Shown here: positions 50,348 through 63,889 of the stretch, in pieces | Numbering within the stretch: the first letter of the stretch is position 1 | How the letters are laid out: the number at the start of each line of letters is the position of its first letter | Assembly: GCF_006345805.1 (NCBI RefSeq) | Contig: NC_043001.1 | Coordinates: 128,712,001 to 128,776,000 of the forward strand | Origin: Octopus sinensis | Lineage: Eukaryota | Direction: 5' to 3' | Length of the DNA stretch: 64,000 nucleotides | Position numbers and translations under genes: made by a program | The notes under the pieces: generated by a model | The model's input: the letters and a program-made list of their open reading frames with translations, nothing else | Told to the model about the DNA's origin: nothing | Databases searched by the model: none

Positions 50348-50635
50348 GGATCTTTTCTTTTTGAAAGCCAGATTTTTCAGATTTTTCTAGTTAACTAAAT
50401 AATTTGAAACTTCGTATACTGGTAGAATGTGTCAAAAGAAAACAATAATTTCAACTAGTTTTTTTGACAAAAATGTATTTTATAAGTTTAAACGTAGTTT
50501 AAATCTGCGAATTTTAACAATTCCGTTTTCATTTTGGTTTACAATTATGTTTTCTTTTGACACATTCTACCAGTATACGAAGTTTCAAATTGTTTAGTTA
50601 ACTAGGAAAATCTGGCTTTCAAAAAGAAAAGATCC
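50348..50635. mobile_element. GGATC MITE with ~90-bp TIRs
   Basis: Perfect 8-bp TSD caaagtat. Confidence 0.93.
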
Positions 50636-51317
50636 CAAAGTATTAGAAGAGGTGCAACTTTGGTAAATATTGCATACAAAGAGTATGATACCGAATTCTC
50701 TTTAAAAGATAAGTTTGCGGCCAAAACCAACTTAAACATCCAGCTTTAATGTAAATTTGGAAATTAAAACTCATCAGTGCCCCCCCAACCCCCACCCCCA
50801 GATCTGGGTGGAAAAACCAATTAGTGGCATACCTGATATAAATATATATATATATAAAGAGAGAGAGAGAGAGAGAGAAATATATGTTTATATATACATA
50901 GAGGAACATAGATATGTATATATATATATGTATATATTTACACACACACACAAAGATGTGTGTGTATGTGTGTAGATAGATGGCTGGATAGATAGATAGA
51001 TACATACCTCCCACATACACATAACTACACTACACACAGAAATATACATATATTATACATAAACTTGCGTTTTATATGCATTAAATGTGTGGGCACGCGC
51101 GCGCGAGCGTGTGTGTGTGTGTGTGTTTACGTTAGGAGTTCAAAAGAAGCGCGACAGGGAACGAACGGAAAACTCAGAATACACGGACACGCTCTTTCCT
51201 CGTCAGTTATCGTCCAAATATCATTACAGTTCACATGCACGGGCGCGCGTACATACCTACGATTGTATGTCTTTTAAATACATGTTTGTGATTCTATTAC
51301 GCTCACACACCCTATCC

Positions 51318-51395
<78 letters not shown>

Positions 51396-51409
51396 TTATC
51401 TATCTATCT

Positions 51410-51641
51410 ATTTTCTTTTACTACCCACAAGGGGCTAAACACAGAGGGGACAAACAAGGACAGACAAACGGATTAAGTCGATTACATCGACCCCAGTGCG
51501 TAACTGGTACTTAATTTATCGACCCCGAAAGGATGAAAGGCAAAGTCGACCTCGGCGGAATTTGAACTCAGAACGTAACGGCAGACGAAATACGGCTACG
51601 CATTTCGTCCGGCGTGCTAACGTTTCTGCCAGCTCGCCACC
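51410..51641 (-). mobile_element. SINE family B inserted in (TCTA)n
   Basis: Full-length match flanked by tcta repeats. Confidence 0.92.
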
Positions 51642-52149
51642 ATCTATCTACCTATCTATCTATGTCTGTCTGTCTGTCTGTCTGTCCGTCTGCCTGTCTG
51701 TTTGTCTATCTGTCTGTTTGACTGCCTGTTTGTTTATATGTGTGTATGTATGGATGTGCGTGAGTATAAACACGTGCGGTTTGCATAAAATTATAAACAA
51801 AAACAATCCAAACCCCAACCAAATATATTTATGTTATATATATATATATGTATATATGTATATATGTATATATGTTATACGACATACAAACGTACACGTA
51901 GTCCGTTCATTTGCCAATTCATTGAATATATTTGGTAAATCATTTGTTCCTAATCAAATTTATCTATTGTAGCAAACGTCATTTGCCCATTTCTTTTAAA
52001 GGAATAGCAAGAAGATTTTTTGTAAAAATATATAAATAAAAAAGGGCTTGAAAGAAAAGAAAAATCGTACGCTCCACTGATTGCTAACAACTAACTGCTG
52101 AACACCCATTGACACCAACATTGTGCACACGCGTGTCTCTGCATGTTTG

Positions 52150-52527
<378 letters not shown>

Positions 52528-52938
52528 ATTCGTTGTGCTTCTTCTTTTAGTAATGGCGGCCATTGCTTTTCAAAGAAGAAACCACGTTTGTATTTTTGTT
52601 TTGACATTTTAAACAGTTTTTTTTCCCTTCCTCACATTTATATATTTATTTGTTTTGATTTTATCTATGAATCTATTTTACTTATTTTCATATATTAACT
52701 TAGCTGTAGTTTTGTGTCTGATTTTTAGTTTTTCCTCACGTTTCTTTTTATGTGTCTATGTTCTCTATGGGAAAAGAAATTGAAAATGATTTCGAAATAT
52801 CTTCGTTTAAACGACATCAAAAAGAACTGAGCGGAGACAAAAAAATGGAGGAATAAAAAGCAAAGAACAACGTACACAGTCTCTTTCTGTCTGTCTCTCT
52901 TCCTCTCTCTCAAACACACACACACAAACAAACAAACA

Positions 52939-52984
<46 letters not shown>

Positions 52985-52996
52985 CACACACGCGCA

Positions 52997-53029
<33 letters not shown>

Positions 53030-53051
53030 CACACACACACAGAGTTAGATA

Positions 53052-53275
53052 TATTTCTTTATTGCCCACAAGGGGCTAAACACAGAGAGGGGACAAAGAA
53101 GGACAGACAAAGGTATTAAGTCGATTACATCGACCCCAGTGCGTAACTGGTACTTAATTTATCGACCCCGAAAGGATGAAAGGCAAAGTCGACCTCGGCG
53201 GAATTTGAACTCAGAACGTAAAGGGCAGACGAAATACGGCAACGCATTTCGCCCGGCGTGCTAACGATTCTGCCA
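53052..53275 (-). mobile_element. SINE family B
   Basis: Match to family B. Confidence 0.92.
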
Positions 53276-53819
53276 TCTTAGACAGAGTCGGACGAACTTC
53301 CAAACACACAATTAGGCAGATAGACAGATATACGGGTTACAAAATAAGTTCAGGAGCATTTTTTGCGTGAAGATGGAACAAGAAAACCAAATATTTGCCA
53401 TATTTGAACTTTAGTAGTGAAACTCGGCATTCCGATATTTCTAAAAACTCACATTTTGCTTATGTTGACATTAATTACTTTAAGATTAATTACTGAAATA
53501 TTTTCTTTGTTTATTTGTATATATGTGTTACTACGTACGTACGAATGTGTGAGTATATATGCATATGTATATGTTTAAATGACTATGAATGTTACTTATG
53601 TGTTTATAGATGTGTGCATATGCAAAATAGCTTAGCTTTTAAAAGTTGTTTTTCCACGCGGCAGAATCACGCGACTGTCCAAGGGCAGTAAGTGATAATT
53701 TCAAAAAGCAATGGTTATGTTTTAGTACCTACAGGGGAATAATTTAGAATTTAAATCGAGCTCATTGCTGCTGTGTAAATCTACAGAAACTTCCAATACC
53801 AGAATGTGAATAATAATAC

Positions 53820-54015
53820 TAATCCTTTCTACTATAGGAACAAAGCGTGAAACTTTTGGAGTAGGGGTTAGTCGACTCCATTACTCAGCTGGTATTTATT
53901 CTATCGACCCCGAAGGATGAAAAGCAAAGTTGAGCTTGGCAGAATTTGAACTCAGAAAGTATAGACAGACGGAATGTTGTTAAGCATTTTACCCGGTGCG
54001 TTAACGATTCTACCA
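53820..54015 (-). mobile_element. SINE B2
   Basis: cctttctactatagg...cgaccccgaaggatgaaaagcaaag...gattctaccag. Confidence 0.75.
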
Positions 54016-54584
54016 GTAATAATAAACGCCCTGATATAGTACTAGGTAGTGGCTTTCATGACTTCTGATCTTAATTGACTGGAAGTGTTATGTACATGTT
54101 TTATTTTGGTATAAAAGATGGATTACAGTAAATTTTCTGATCAATACCACAGATTTGCTTGTCAGTTGCTTGACCTTAACCAGCTAAGCATGTCCCCTAG
54201 TGGCTGAGACATGTGTATCTCTGGTCACGGGTAGGATTAGTGATGGAGGATCATAGCCATGTGTCGAGAAGAATTCTTTGGGATTTGAATAATTCATCTC
54301 TAGAAACATGGTCGTTTCGTTCATCAGCCTTAAACAATCCTTATTCAGGGACCTTTCTAGCGGGATGGGCTACTCGTCCTGAATAAAATTCTAATGGCAA
54401 GTCATGCGCTATTTCTCTTGATATAAGATCATTATGTCACGCACATATAGTGTACCCTTTTCACACGGGTAGTCACGGTAGGTACACTGGGCTTCGTATA
54501 TTTATACTCCAACGTCATTTTGATGGCATGCGTTGCTCTCTCATTCAATAACAAAACAACAACAACAACAACAACAATAATAAT

Positions 54585-54718
54585 CGTTTCAAATTTTGGC
54601 ACAAAGTTAGCAAGTTCAGGGAAGTGGATAAGTCAATTACACTGACCCCAGTGCTAAATTGGCACTTATTTTATCGACCCCGAAAGTATGAAGGTCAAAG
54701 TCGACCTCGGCGGAATTT
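54585..54718 (-). mobile_element. SINE B2 3' half
   Basis: tttcaaattttggcacaaag...gtcgacctcggcggaattt. Confidence 0.75.
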
Positions 54719-55267
54719 AAAAAATAATAATGAGAAAAAGGCGTCGGAGGGGTGATGCATACCGTGTGCGCAGATACATTTTTCTGCAAATTATAATGTG
54801 GCTTATAATGTATTGCTTACACATACTTTTTAATTGAACTGAATCAAGCTTTGTAAATGCTTGACTAAAAGAGGATTGGAAATCTAAATAGATGACAGCT
54901 AAAAGTCTACGCCAAACGCATATGAGTAAAATTTGCATATGACTAAAATGATTATTCAAATAATAATAATTATGATTATCAAAAGAAAAGTAAGCAAAAA
55001 TAAATACTTATAGAAATATTGCATAGAATTTGAGAAGTGTTTTCAACGTCTTTCAATGATGGCAGGCGAATCAAACATACTGTAGTTCGTGTAGGATATA
55101 AATGATATAACCACTTGCTTATCGGGAAATTTGAAAATTCGATTTTTTAAATAATGTTTAGTATTCTTTGAAAGTATCACCATTATAGGTATATATACTC
55201 CGGTGAAATTAAGAAATCAGCTCATAAGTAAACGAAACCCTCGAATCCATCACTGCACGCACACACG

Positions 55268-55305
<38 letters not shown>

Positions 55306-55351
55306 ACACACACACACACACACACTCACACACACAATGTCGCTTACCTAT

Positions 55352-55754
55352 ACTCTTTACTCTTTTACTTGTTTCAGTCATTTGACTGCGGCCATGCTGG
55401 AGCACCGCCTTTAGTCGAGCAACTCGACCCCGGGACTTATTCTTTGTAAGCCCAGTACTTATTCTATCGGTCTCTTTTGCCGAACCGCTAAGTAACGGGG
55501 ACGTAAACACACCAGCATCGGTTGTCAAGCAATGCTAGGGGGACAAACACAGACACACAAACACATACACACACATACATATACATATATACGACAGGCT
55601 TCTTTCAGTTTCCGTCTACCAAATCCACTCACAAGGCATTGGTCGGCCCGGGGCTATAGCAGAAGACACCTGCCCAAGATGCCACGCAGTGGGACTGAAC
55701 CCGGAACCATATGGTTGGTTAGCAAGCTACTTACTACACAGCCACTCCTGCGCC
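55352..55754 (-). mobile_element. SINE family A
   Basis: Full-length match. Confidence 0.93.
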
Positions 55755-55879
55755 TATCTATGTATTTATGTATGTATGTACCCACACGTGTCTACGTGCA
55801 TAGGTACACCATGATCTATACACATACGAACGAGGGTCGAATCAAATTATATATTTAATTCAAAATGTGACCTCGTGTG

Positions 55880-56070
55880 TACCGATGGCGATTTTTTCCC
55901 CTCTGTCTTCCCTTCTCTGGATCTTTCCTTCTCCTATGTTTCCGACGAAGAGCTCCGCTCGAAACGTTAAACCCTCCTTATTTCCTTCTTTCCTGAGCGT
56001 CTAATAATACTATATTTGTTCCACGTCCTCGCGTTGTTGTGATTTTTTGTGCTTTCTTGTTTGGATTAAC
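55880..56070 (+). mobile_element. Penelope-like pLTR-derived repeat (second family)
   Basis: gacgaagagctccgctcgaaacgtt...cctgagcgtctaataatac. Confidence 0.6.
55938..55972 (+). ncRNA. Minimal type I hammerhead-like motif (core CCGACGA)
   Basis: gttt-CCGACGA-a-GAGC-tcc-GCTC-GAAA-CG-TT-aaac. Confidence 0.55.
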
Positions 56071-56071
56071 T

Positions 56072-56107
<36 letters not shown>

Positions 56108-56118
56108 ATATTATATAT

Positions 56119-56164
<46 letters not shown>

Positions 56165-57126
56165 GTATTCTTCCGTGATGATAAGATCAACAAAAAAGTA
56201 CTCCATTGAAAGTAGAGTATCAAAAATTTAATTTATTCAAGTTGAAACTCCAGATTCTGTGACACTGAGCTTTATATAATAATACCAGCAACAGGAATAG
56301 TCCTAATTTTCCATAACTTTTGTAGAAACTTTACCCAGAAAGAACTTAAAATAATTTCGAAATCAGTTTTTAATCTTAAACTTCTGGTTATATGTGAGAT
56401 ATATAACTTGATGGTAAAGATAGGAATAGGAACTTTAGCCCAAGAGTTTTTAGTATTCTTTAGTAACCGGAGGCGTAAAGTAAATTATTATTTTTTTAAA
56501 AATTAATTTTTTTTTTGTTCTCTTTTCAAAACAAAAGCTTCTCTAATTTCTAATCTTTATACATTCTTCAGAAATCGAAATTTCAAAAGCGAATCGTGAT
56601 GCAATTTCAAAGAACGATTCTCGCCTTGCCATGAGGCGAGACAAAGTTGTGTGTGTGGTTGCGGGCTGTTGGTGCGTGTGGTAAACGAGGAAGAGATAAC
56701 ACAAACAAACAAATAAATAAGCAGAAAATTTGAGAAACAAAATGAATCATTGTTTCAATTTCGAAAACAGGTGATTCTTGAGGTAAATTGTAAAGGTAAA
56801 GAACAAACGACTGAATATTGATGTTATTGTTGTTCTTATTGAGCTCCAGGTTAACCCTGATCAAGCAGAATTATGATTAAAAGGTATTCCAGCTGTGACC
56901 ATCACCCCATTTTTCCAAATTTTTCTAGGACTATGTTTTTCGAACGAGATTTGTCTTTTATTTCTAGCATGTCGAGTGACCACATAGGAGCTCCTTGTTG
57001 GCTGATGAAACGACTGGTATATGAAAGACAAAGGAACAAAAACGCCAGAACAAAAGACTATTGAGGATTTTTCGCATTGGCACAATATCACATAGTTGAG
57101 GAAAGGGCTCAGTTCAGTGATTCAAC

Positions 57127-57543
57127 GGATCTTTTCGGTTTGAACGGCAGTTTTTAACATAATTTTTAGGTAACTAAACACTTTTAAACTTCGTATACTG
57201 GTAGAATGTGTTTATAAAACATCTTTTTCTCTTGGCTTTATTGAGAAAATTCTATAGTTTGTAAGATATTTGTTGTTGTTTTTTTCTTCAATTTCTACAA
57301 TTTCAACCAATCAGTGACGTCTGTTGAGGTAAATAACATTCTGTGCCGTATGAATATGTCCCTCGTTTAAGAAACAGATTGGGTTTATTTACATTTGTGA
57401 AGAAAAAAAGATACCCTTTCCCCCACCCCTAACCCTAACCCTAAAAGATTGAAATGCAATAGATCGATACTAGGGTCATAATTATGGGTGACAATTTCAT
57501 ATGACACCGCTAGAAAAAACTGCCGTTCAAACCGAAAAAGTCT
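57127..57543 (+). mobile_element. GGATC MITE (~420 bp)
   Basis: TSD gattcaac / gatttaac. Confidence 0.92.
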
Positions 57544-57841
57544 GATTTAACTCCTGTGTATGACTGATATTACGCAAACACTCACACACATACATGTATG
57601 TACAGATGGAGAAGGGGGTGGGGGTGGGGAGGAATCGGTGAGAAATAAAACACGTCAAGATTAACGGTTGTACATGTTCAATTGAAGGAAGTGGTTGGAG
57701 ACAGAGGTGACAAGGGAGACAACAGTGACCTGGCTAAAGTGTATGCGCGCAAGCATGTGTGTATATGTGAGGATATGGATGCATGCGTGTGTATGTGTGT
57801 GTGTGGTGAGGAGGCTTAATGGTTAGGGAAATCGGCTTTAT

Positions 57842-58073
57842 AAGGCGGCGAGCTGGCAGAAACGTTAGCACGCCGGGCGAAATGCTTAGCAGTATTTCGT
57901 CTGCGTTACGTTGTGAGTTCAAATTCCGCCGAGGTCGACTTTGCCTTTCATCCTTTCGGGGTCGATAAATTAAGTACCAGTTGCGCACTGGGGTCGATGT
58001 AATCGACTTAATACCTATGTCTGTCGTTGTTTGTCCCCTCTGTGTTTAGCCCCTTGAGGGTAGTAAAGAAATA
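57842..58073 (+). mobile_element. SINE family B
   Basis: 21-bp TSD ggttagggaaatcggctttat. Confidence 0.95.
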
Positions 58074-58454
58074 GGTTAGGGAAATCGGCTTTATGAGACT
58101 ATGGCTCGGAGACGACCGTTGATTCTTATATAAGGGTCCTGGCAGGGTAGGAAATCAGAGTATTTCCAATGCAGCATTCGACCTGAGCTCGTGACTACCT
58201 ATACTCTTGAAACAAAGTCTCGAGAATATCGAAATTCTACGGATATAGAACATTCAGGTACAACACCGGCAAATCTAGTGTGTAGATTTTGCGAAGAGTA
58301 ACATATAATCCAAATAAGAAGAAAAAGAAAGAGTTTATTGTTATATTTCGGGATGGTCTGTTTTTCTTCTTTTTTTTTTGCCCAATAAACTATTATTCGT
58401 TCTCCACTCGTTTATTATTGTTCTTATTTTATCTTATACTGCAGAAAAATTTGG

Positions 58455-58888
58455 GTATCTTTTCGGTTTGAACGGCAGTTTTTTCTAGCAGTGTCATATG
58501 AAATTGTCACCCATAATTATGACCCTAGTATCGATCTATTGCATTTCTATCTGTTTTAGGGTTAGGGTTAGTTAGGGTTAGGGTTAGGGGTGGGGGGAAG
58601 GGTATCGTTTTTTTCATCACAAATGTGAATAAACCCAATCTGTTTCTTAAACGAGGGACATATTCATACGGCACAGAATGCTTTTTACCTCAATAGACGT
58701 AATTGATTGGTTGAAATTGCAGAAATTGAAGAAAAAAACAACAAATATCTTACAAACTATAGAATTTTCTCAATAAAGCCAAGAGAAAAATATGTTTTAT
58801 AAACACATTCTACCAGTATACAAAGTTTTAAAATGTTTAGTTACGTGGAAATTATAAAAAAAAACTGCCGGTCAAACCGAAAAGATCC
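58455..58888 (-). mobile_element. GGATC MITE flanked by a ~148-bp direct duplication
   Basis: TIRs intact; 58307-58454 is repeated at 58897-59045. Confidence 0.9.
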
Positions 58889-60344
58889 TAATATACAATC
58901 CAAATAAGTAGAAAAAGAAAGAGTTTATTTTTATATTTCGGGATGGTCTGTTTTTTCTTTTTTTTTTTTTGCCAAATAAACTATTATTCGTTCTTCACTC
59001 GTTTATTATTGTTCTTATTTTATCTTATACTGCAGAAAAATTTGGCCACTCACAACTTTTTCTGCAATATAAGGATTTTCTATCCTATTTATGCTTTTCA
59101 GCATTATTATTCTGCGTTTGAGAATAAAATCTCCGGGACTAGACACTCGGAAATGATACCCCGGTCTCGCGCCACTTCTACTCAACCGGTCATTCACTTC
59201 AACATCTGTCTGTGTTCGGACTGACCTTGCCCAGAGGCCACTCAAACTCCTACCTCCGCTGAGAGCAGGAATTTATTTCCTCTTTCCACTCCTCAGTCCT
59301 TTATGGTCTCAATTCTCCATCTCTTTTCATCTAAATCCAAATCCATACACACATTTACCCACACCATACACCTTCCACATTCCACTGCCCCTTCTACTCT
59401 ACTCCACCGCATATATACCCTCTCTGTGCCATTACACTCAGTACCCTTCTCTGCGCCATTACACTCAGTACCCACATCTCACACATCGTTATGCCTCTAC
59501 AGCTTATACATACACTGACACCCATTCCTTCCCACTCCGCACACACCAGCACTCTCACTTCCTACCCCAACGTATAGTAGCATGTATATAGCCATACCCA
59601 CACACTTCCCAACCCTACCTCGTCATCCCTATTCCACCTGGCACGTCCATCCAATTTGACCCACATACATCCCACTACAACACAAATACGTCAGATAGAC
59701 TCCCTCTCTCTCACACACACAGACGTACAAGTGCCTTCACACACATATACACAAACAGAATATACACTCACATATCATCGTCACAAACACACACACACTT
59801 TACCCAACATATATAAACAGCATCTGCACTCACTCACATACATACACACGCATAAAACATAATATTCACGTATAAACACAAATACACACACAACAGTGTT
59901 ACACACACACACACACACACACTTACACGCACAGTTATGTCTGACTACCTTTTACATACACACCTAAAAACGATACAAGGGCACAAACGCACGCACTGAC
60001 GCTACTCGCTCAGAGTATACACACACACATTAGCTGCTACACACAATCGTTTGCACGCACACACACACACACACACCACACACACACACACACACCCACA
60101 CATCTGCTAGCCTCACACGCGTTAGAGAACCTCACACATTCCACACGTATATATACACGTCCACACCCATACATAAATACACGGGCCACGCACGTACACA
60201 TCCCTCCACACACGCGCACATACTTGCTTACTTACACACATACACGCACCAATACATACACAGGCTCACAGAATCTTCATATTTATATATGTGCTTGCTC
60301 CTACACATGTACATTTGTCCATACACAGACATGCTTGCACACAC

Positions 60345-60375
<31 letters not shown>

Positions 60376-60479
60376 CACAGACACACACACACACTTTAGC
60401 CAAATCACTGTCGTCTCCATTACCATTCATATCTTCAACCATTCCACCATTCGGTCAATTCAATATGTCCAACCGTTAA

Positions 60480-60620
60480 ACCCGACACTATTTTTATCTC
60501 CCGTTTCTTTTCCTGTCTTCATCAGTTTTCTCTCCTCATTCATTACTGTAGAAAAGCCTAAGTTCGAAACGTCAAAAACTCTTCCATTTTTCCTAAGCGT
60601 CAAACTCTAGATCATGTTTG
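60480..60620 (+). mobile_element. Degenerate Penelope-like repeat with a decayed hammerhead motif
   Basis: ctgtagaaaagcctaagttcgaaacgtc at 60546-60573. Confidence 0.45.
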
Positions 60621-60662
60621 TTGTTCCATCGCCTGTCTCTGACTTTTTTGCATAATTTTGAA

Positions 60663-60698
<36 letters not shown>

Positions 60699-60820
60699 GG
60701 TACAATAAATTCAGTGTGGATACTTGATAAATGTAAGCATCTGTATATGCCAGCTAGTAGTAGAGTTGAGAGGATATATGTATCAAATTTTATTTTATTT
60801 TATTTCATTTGATACATACA

Positions 60821-60856
<36 letters not shown>

Positions 60857-61261
60857 TATTTATATATATATAGCAAAAACGTTATAAATGACAATAAACA
60901 TTCGGACAGATAGACGATACAAAGGCGGACAAGAGAAACAACAATTAGGAGGACAAGCAAAAAAGACGGGTCATTCGTGGCTTTCTTTCCTCAGTCAAGT
61001 ACCAGAAGTCACGACCGTTTCGGGCAATTACACTTGAGACGGTTCATTCTGGTTTGCACCCCCAAAAAGTCTAAGCTAAGAGCATTAAACTCATTTGTAA
61101 GAAAGTTAGCGAATATGTACGGCAACAAAGACAAAAAACGGAGTACATGGTACACAAAAAGACAAAAAATGGAAAGCATGGTACACAATTACGAATACAA
61201 ACAACAAAAAAATAACAACAGGTGTCTTTCGACTGAGAACGAATCCAATTGAGCTGGCGTG

Positions 61262-61485
61262 TATGAAGGGCTGGCCAAAAGTCACCTGACAGTAAATCAA
61301 AACCATTTAATTCCAAGATTTACTTATGTTTAACAACTGAATGAACTTAATAAAAATATCTACTTCTAATTTATATGAAACATTTAGAAAATTGTTCAAA
61401 CTGAAGTACTTCTTGAGCGAGAATTACAGATAGTATTTATGGAATTTTGATTTACTGTCGGTTATGAATTCTGGCCAACCCTGTA
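61262..61485. mobile_element. Tc1/mariner-type MITE
   Basis: Imperfect TIRs ta.gaagggctggccaaaa...gacagtaaatcaaaa / ttttgatttactgtc...tggccaaccctg.ta. Confidence 0.7.
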
Positions 61486-61565
61486 TGTATGTATGTATGT
61501 ATGTATGTATGTATGTATGTATGTATGTATGTATGTATGTATGTATCTATGTATGTATGTATGTA
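61486..61565. repeat. (TATG)n between two MITEs
   Basis: Directly visible. Confidence 0.95.
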
Positions 61566-62073
61566 TATGAATTAAAAGCAGCGCTAGTGTTGTAGACATT
61601 ACCAACCACACATACTCAATGCGAGTTGCTATGCTTCTTCGCCGGTGGGTTGCAATTTGGTGCGATATAGATGACTTCATCAAAGCGGATGGTGTTAATA
61701 AAACACCGGACAGTCATAGACAGGCAAGACACCTCACCTCAAATCTCATTCAGGAGCGAAGGACATCGATGTTTCGCCATTTCTGTGGCTCATCGTCACG
61801 TACTGGAACTGAATTGGAGGCGTACTGATTCGCCAGTCCACGACTATATAAAAAAATAATGTTAAAAAATCCATCGATATCTGTCGCTCCTGTATGGGAT
61901 TTGGGGTGAGTTGTCTCGCCTGTCTATGACTTTCAGACGTTTTAACACCCGACGCTTTGATGGAGTCATCTCCATTGTATCACATGGCAGTCTACCGGTA
62001 AACAAGTGAAGCACATGCATTGAGTATGTGTGTTCGATAATGTTTACAACACTAGCACTGCTTCTAATTCATA
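61566..62073. mobile_element. Fold-back MITE with ~200-bp imperfect TIRs and TA ends
   Basis: tatgaattaaaagcagcgctagtgttgtagacatt... / ...aatgtttacaacactagcactgcttctaattcata; inner arms also complementary. Confidence 0.85.
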
Positions 62074-62499
62074 TTTGAATTTATTCTTACGTGTGTATTG
62101 TCGGGACATACCAGCAAATTTTTTTACAGTATTCGTAAATAGTTATGGACTAGCGATTCAGTTCGCCATGAGCCTACTATCAAGCATGACAGACTCACAG
62201 AAATGACAGGTTTCTGAGGTATTTGCCTTCGAAGGAGCGCTTCAGAATGGTTATATATTCCGAATATTACCGACATGAACGTTATTACAATTCAACGACA
62301 AAACCTTTAGACAGTCAGTAAGACTGTTAAACATGGTAGCTAAATTTCTTCAAACCATACCTTATTGCCTTAAAAGAAGAAAGAAGCACATAGTCCTAGG
62401 TATATAATGCCTGAAAAGCAAAACCAAACCAAAGAAGACACGGCCAAAGCTTGAACACCTACTCAATCTGGGCAATTCCGACATAACCAGAAAAACTAC

Positions 62500-62534
62500 T
62501 ACTACTAAACCTACCGCTGCTGCTGCTACTACTG

Positions 62535-62585
<51 letters not shown>

Positions 62586-62625
62586 TTGCTGCTGCTGCTG
62601 CTGCTGCTGGTGCTGCAGCTGTATC
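62500..62625. repeat. (ACT)n/(GCT)n tract
   Basis: Directly visible. Confidence 0.9.
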
Positions 62626-62822
62626 ACAGCCACAACCATTAGCATTATTTTGAACTGCGACTGGCGGAACTTTCTGAATGTCATGCCTAACAAAAAAAAC
62701 ATCATCTTGAATTATTTTGTAGTAGTGCGGCCCGCTTGATGATAAGCCATGTCTCATGCCGTTCACTTCTCGAAAATAAAGAAAAAAAAAAAGGTGGGTC
62801 TCTGCCTGTGCTTGATTTAGAC

Positions 62823-63734
62823 CAGTGATCCTCAACCAGGTTCCATATGGCCCCTGACGGTTCATACAAGATTTTTTGGGTCCATGCAACAAAATAGTAA
62901 ATTGGAGATCCTCAATAGTATTTTAAGGGCCCCTGAAAAAATTTTGCTTTAGACGTATGTATTGCAAGAAACAGCTAAGCTTCTTTTTCCAACATTTTAC
63001 GTACTTCAACCTACACAAATTATTGTGTGAGAAACAAAGTACAAATTTTGAAAGAAATTTCTATAAAACTAGTTTTTAAACAATAAGAGCAGAAATTAAT
63101 ATTATCAAAAAAATATCAATTTCAACCAGTGGTCAGCAAACTTAAAAAAAAAAAAACAGGAGTGGCTGTGTGGTAAGTAGCTTGCTAACCAACCACATGG
63201 TTCCGGGTTCAGTCCCACTACGTGGCATCTTGGGCAAGTGTCTTCTGCTATAGCCCCGGGCCGACCAATGCCTTGTGAGTGGATTTGGTAGACGGAAACT
63301 GAAAGAAGCCTGTCGTATATATGTATATATATATATATATGTATGTGTGTGTATATGTTTGTGTGTCTGTGTTTGTTCCCCTAGCATTGCTTGACAACCG
63401 ATGCTGGTGTGTTTACGTCCCCGTCACTTAGCGGTTCGGCAAAAGAGACCGATAGAATAAGTACTGGGCTTACAAAAGATTAAGTCCCGGGGTCGAGTTG
63501 CTCGATTAAAGGCGGTGCTCCAGCATGGCCGCAGTCAAATGACTGAAACAAGTAAAAAGAGTAAAAAAGAGTAAGAGAGTTTATTTTTAGTAAGCAAGGG
63601 ATCTACATAGTGGTCTTCTCCTATCGTTTATATCTAGTTTTTTAAACATTGAATAGCTACGTGGATCCATCAGAATAAAAATAGTAATCAAAAGGGGTCT
63701 ATGGATAAAAAAAATGGTTGAAGGGGAACCCTTG
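62823..63734. mobile_element. hAT (Charlie-like) MITE hosting a family A SINE
   Basis: Left TIR cagtgatcctcaacc, degenerate right end ggttgaaggggaacccttg; TSD atttagac / atttagaa. Confidence 0.65.
63157..63579 (+). mobile_element. SINE family A
   Basis: Full-length match. Confidence 0.93.
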
Positions 63735-63779
63735 ATTTAGAAGATTATTATCACAGCTACCATTACTACTAGCACTATT

Positions 63780-63833
63780 AACAACAATACCACCAACACC
63801 ACCACTGCCGCCGCCACCACCACCACCACCACC

Positions 63834-63889
<56 letters not shown>

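Noticed and set aside
56590-56800. TGATGCAAT (ATF4-type site), a tctcgcct/aggcgaga hairpin and donor-like sites as a plus-strand promoter
   Set aside because: A single 9-mer and a short stem are within chance expectation; no supporting downstream CDS
58557-58590. Interstitial telomere or chromosome-fusion site
   Set aside because: The TTAGGG units are internal to a MITE present in several copies
62362-62892. 176-aa ORF with poly-V/A
   Set aside because: Spans a MITE end and an (ACT/GCT)n tract; no recognisable domain
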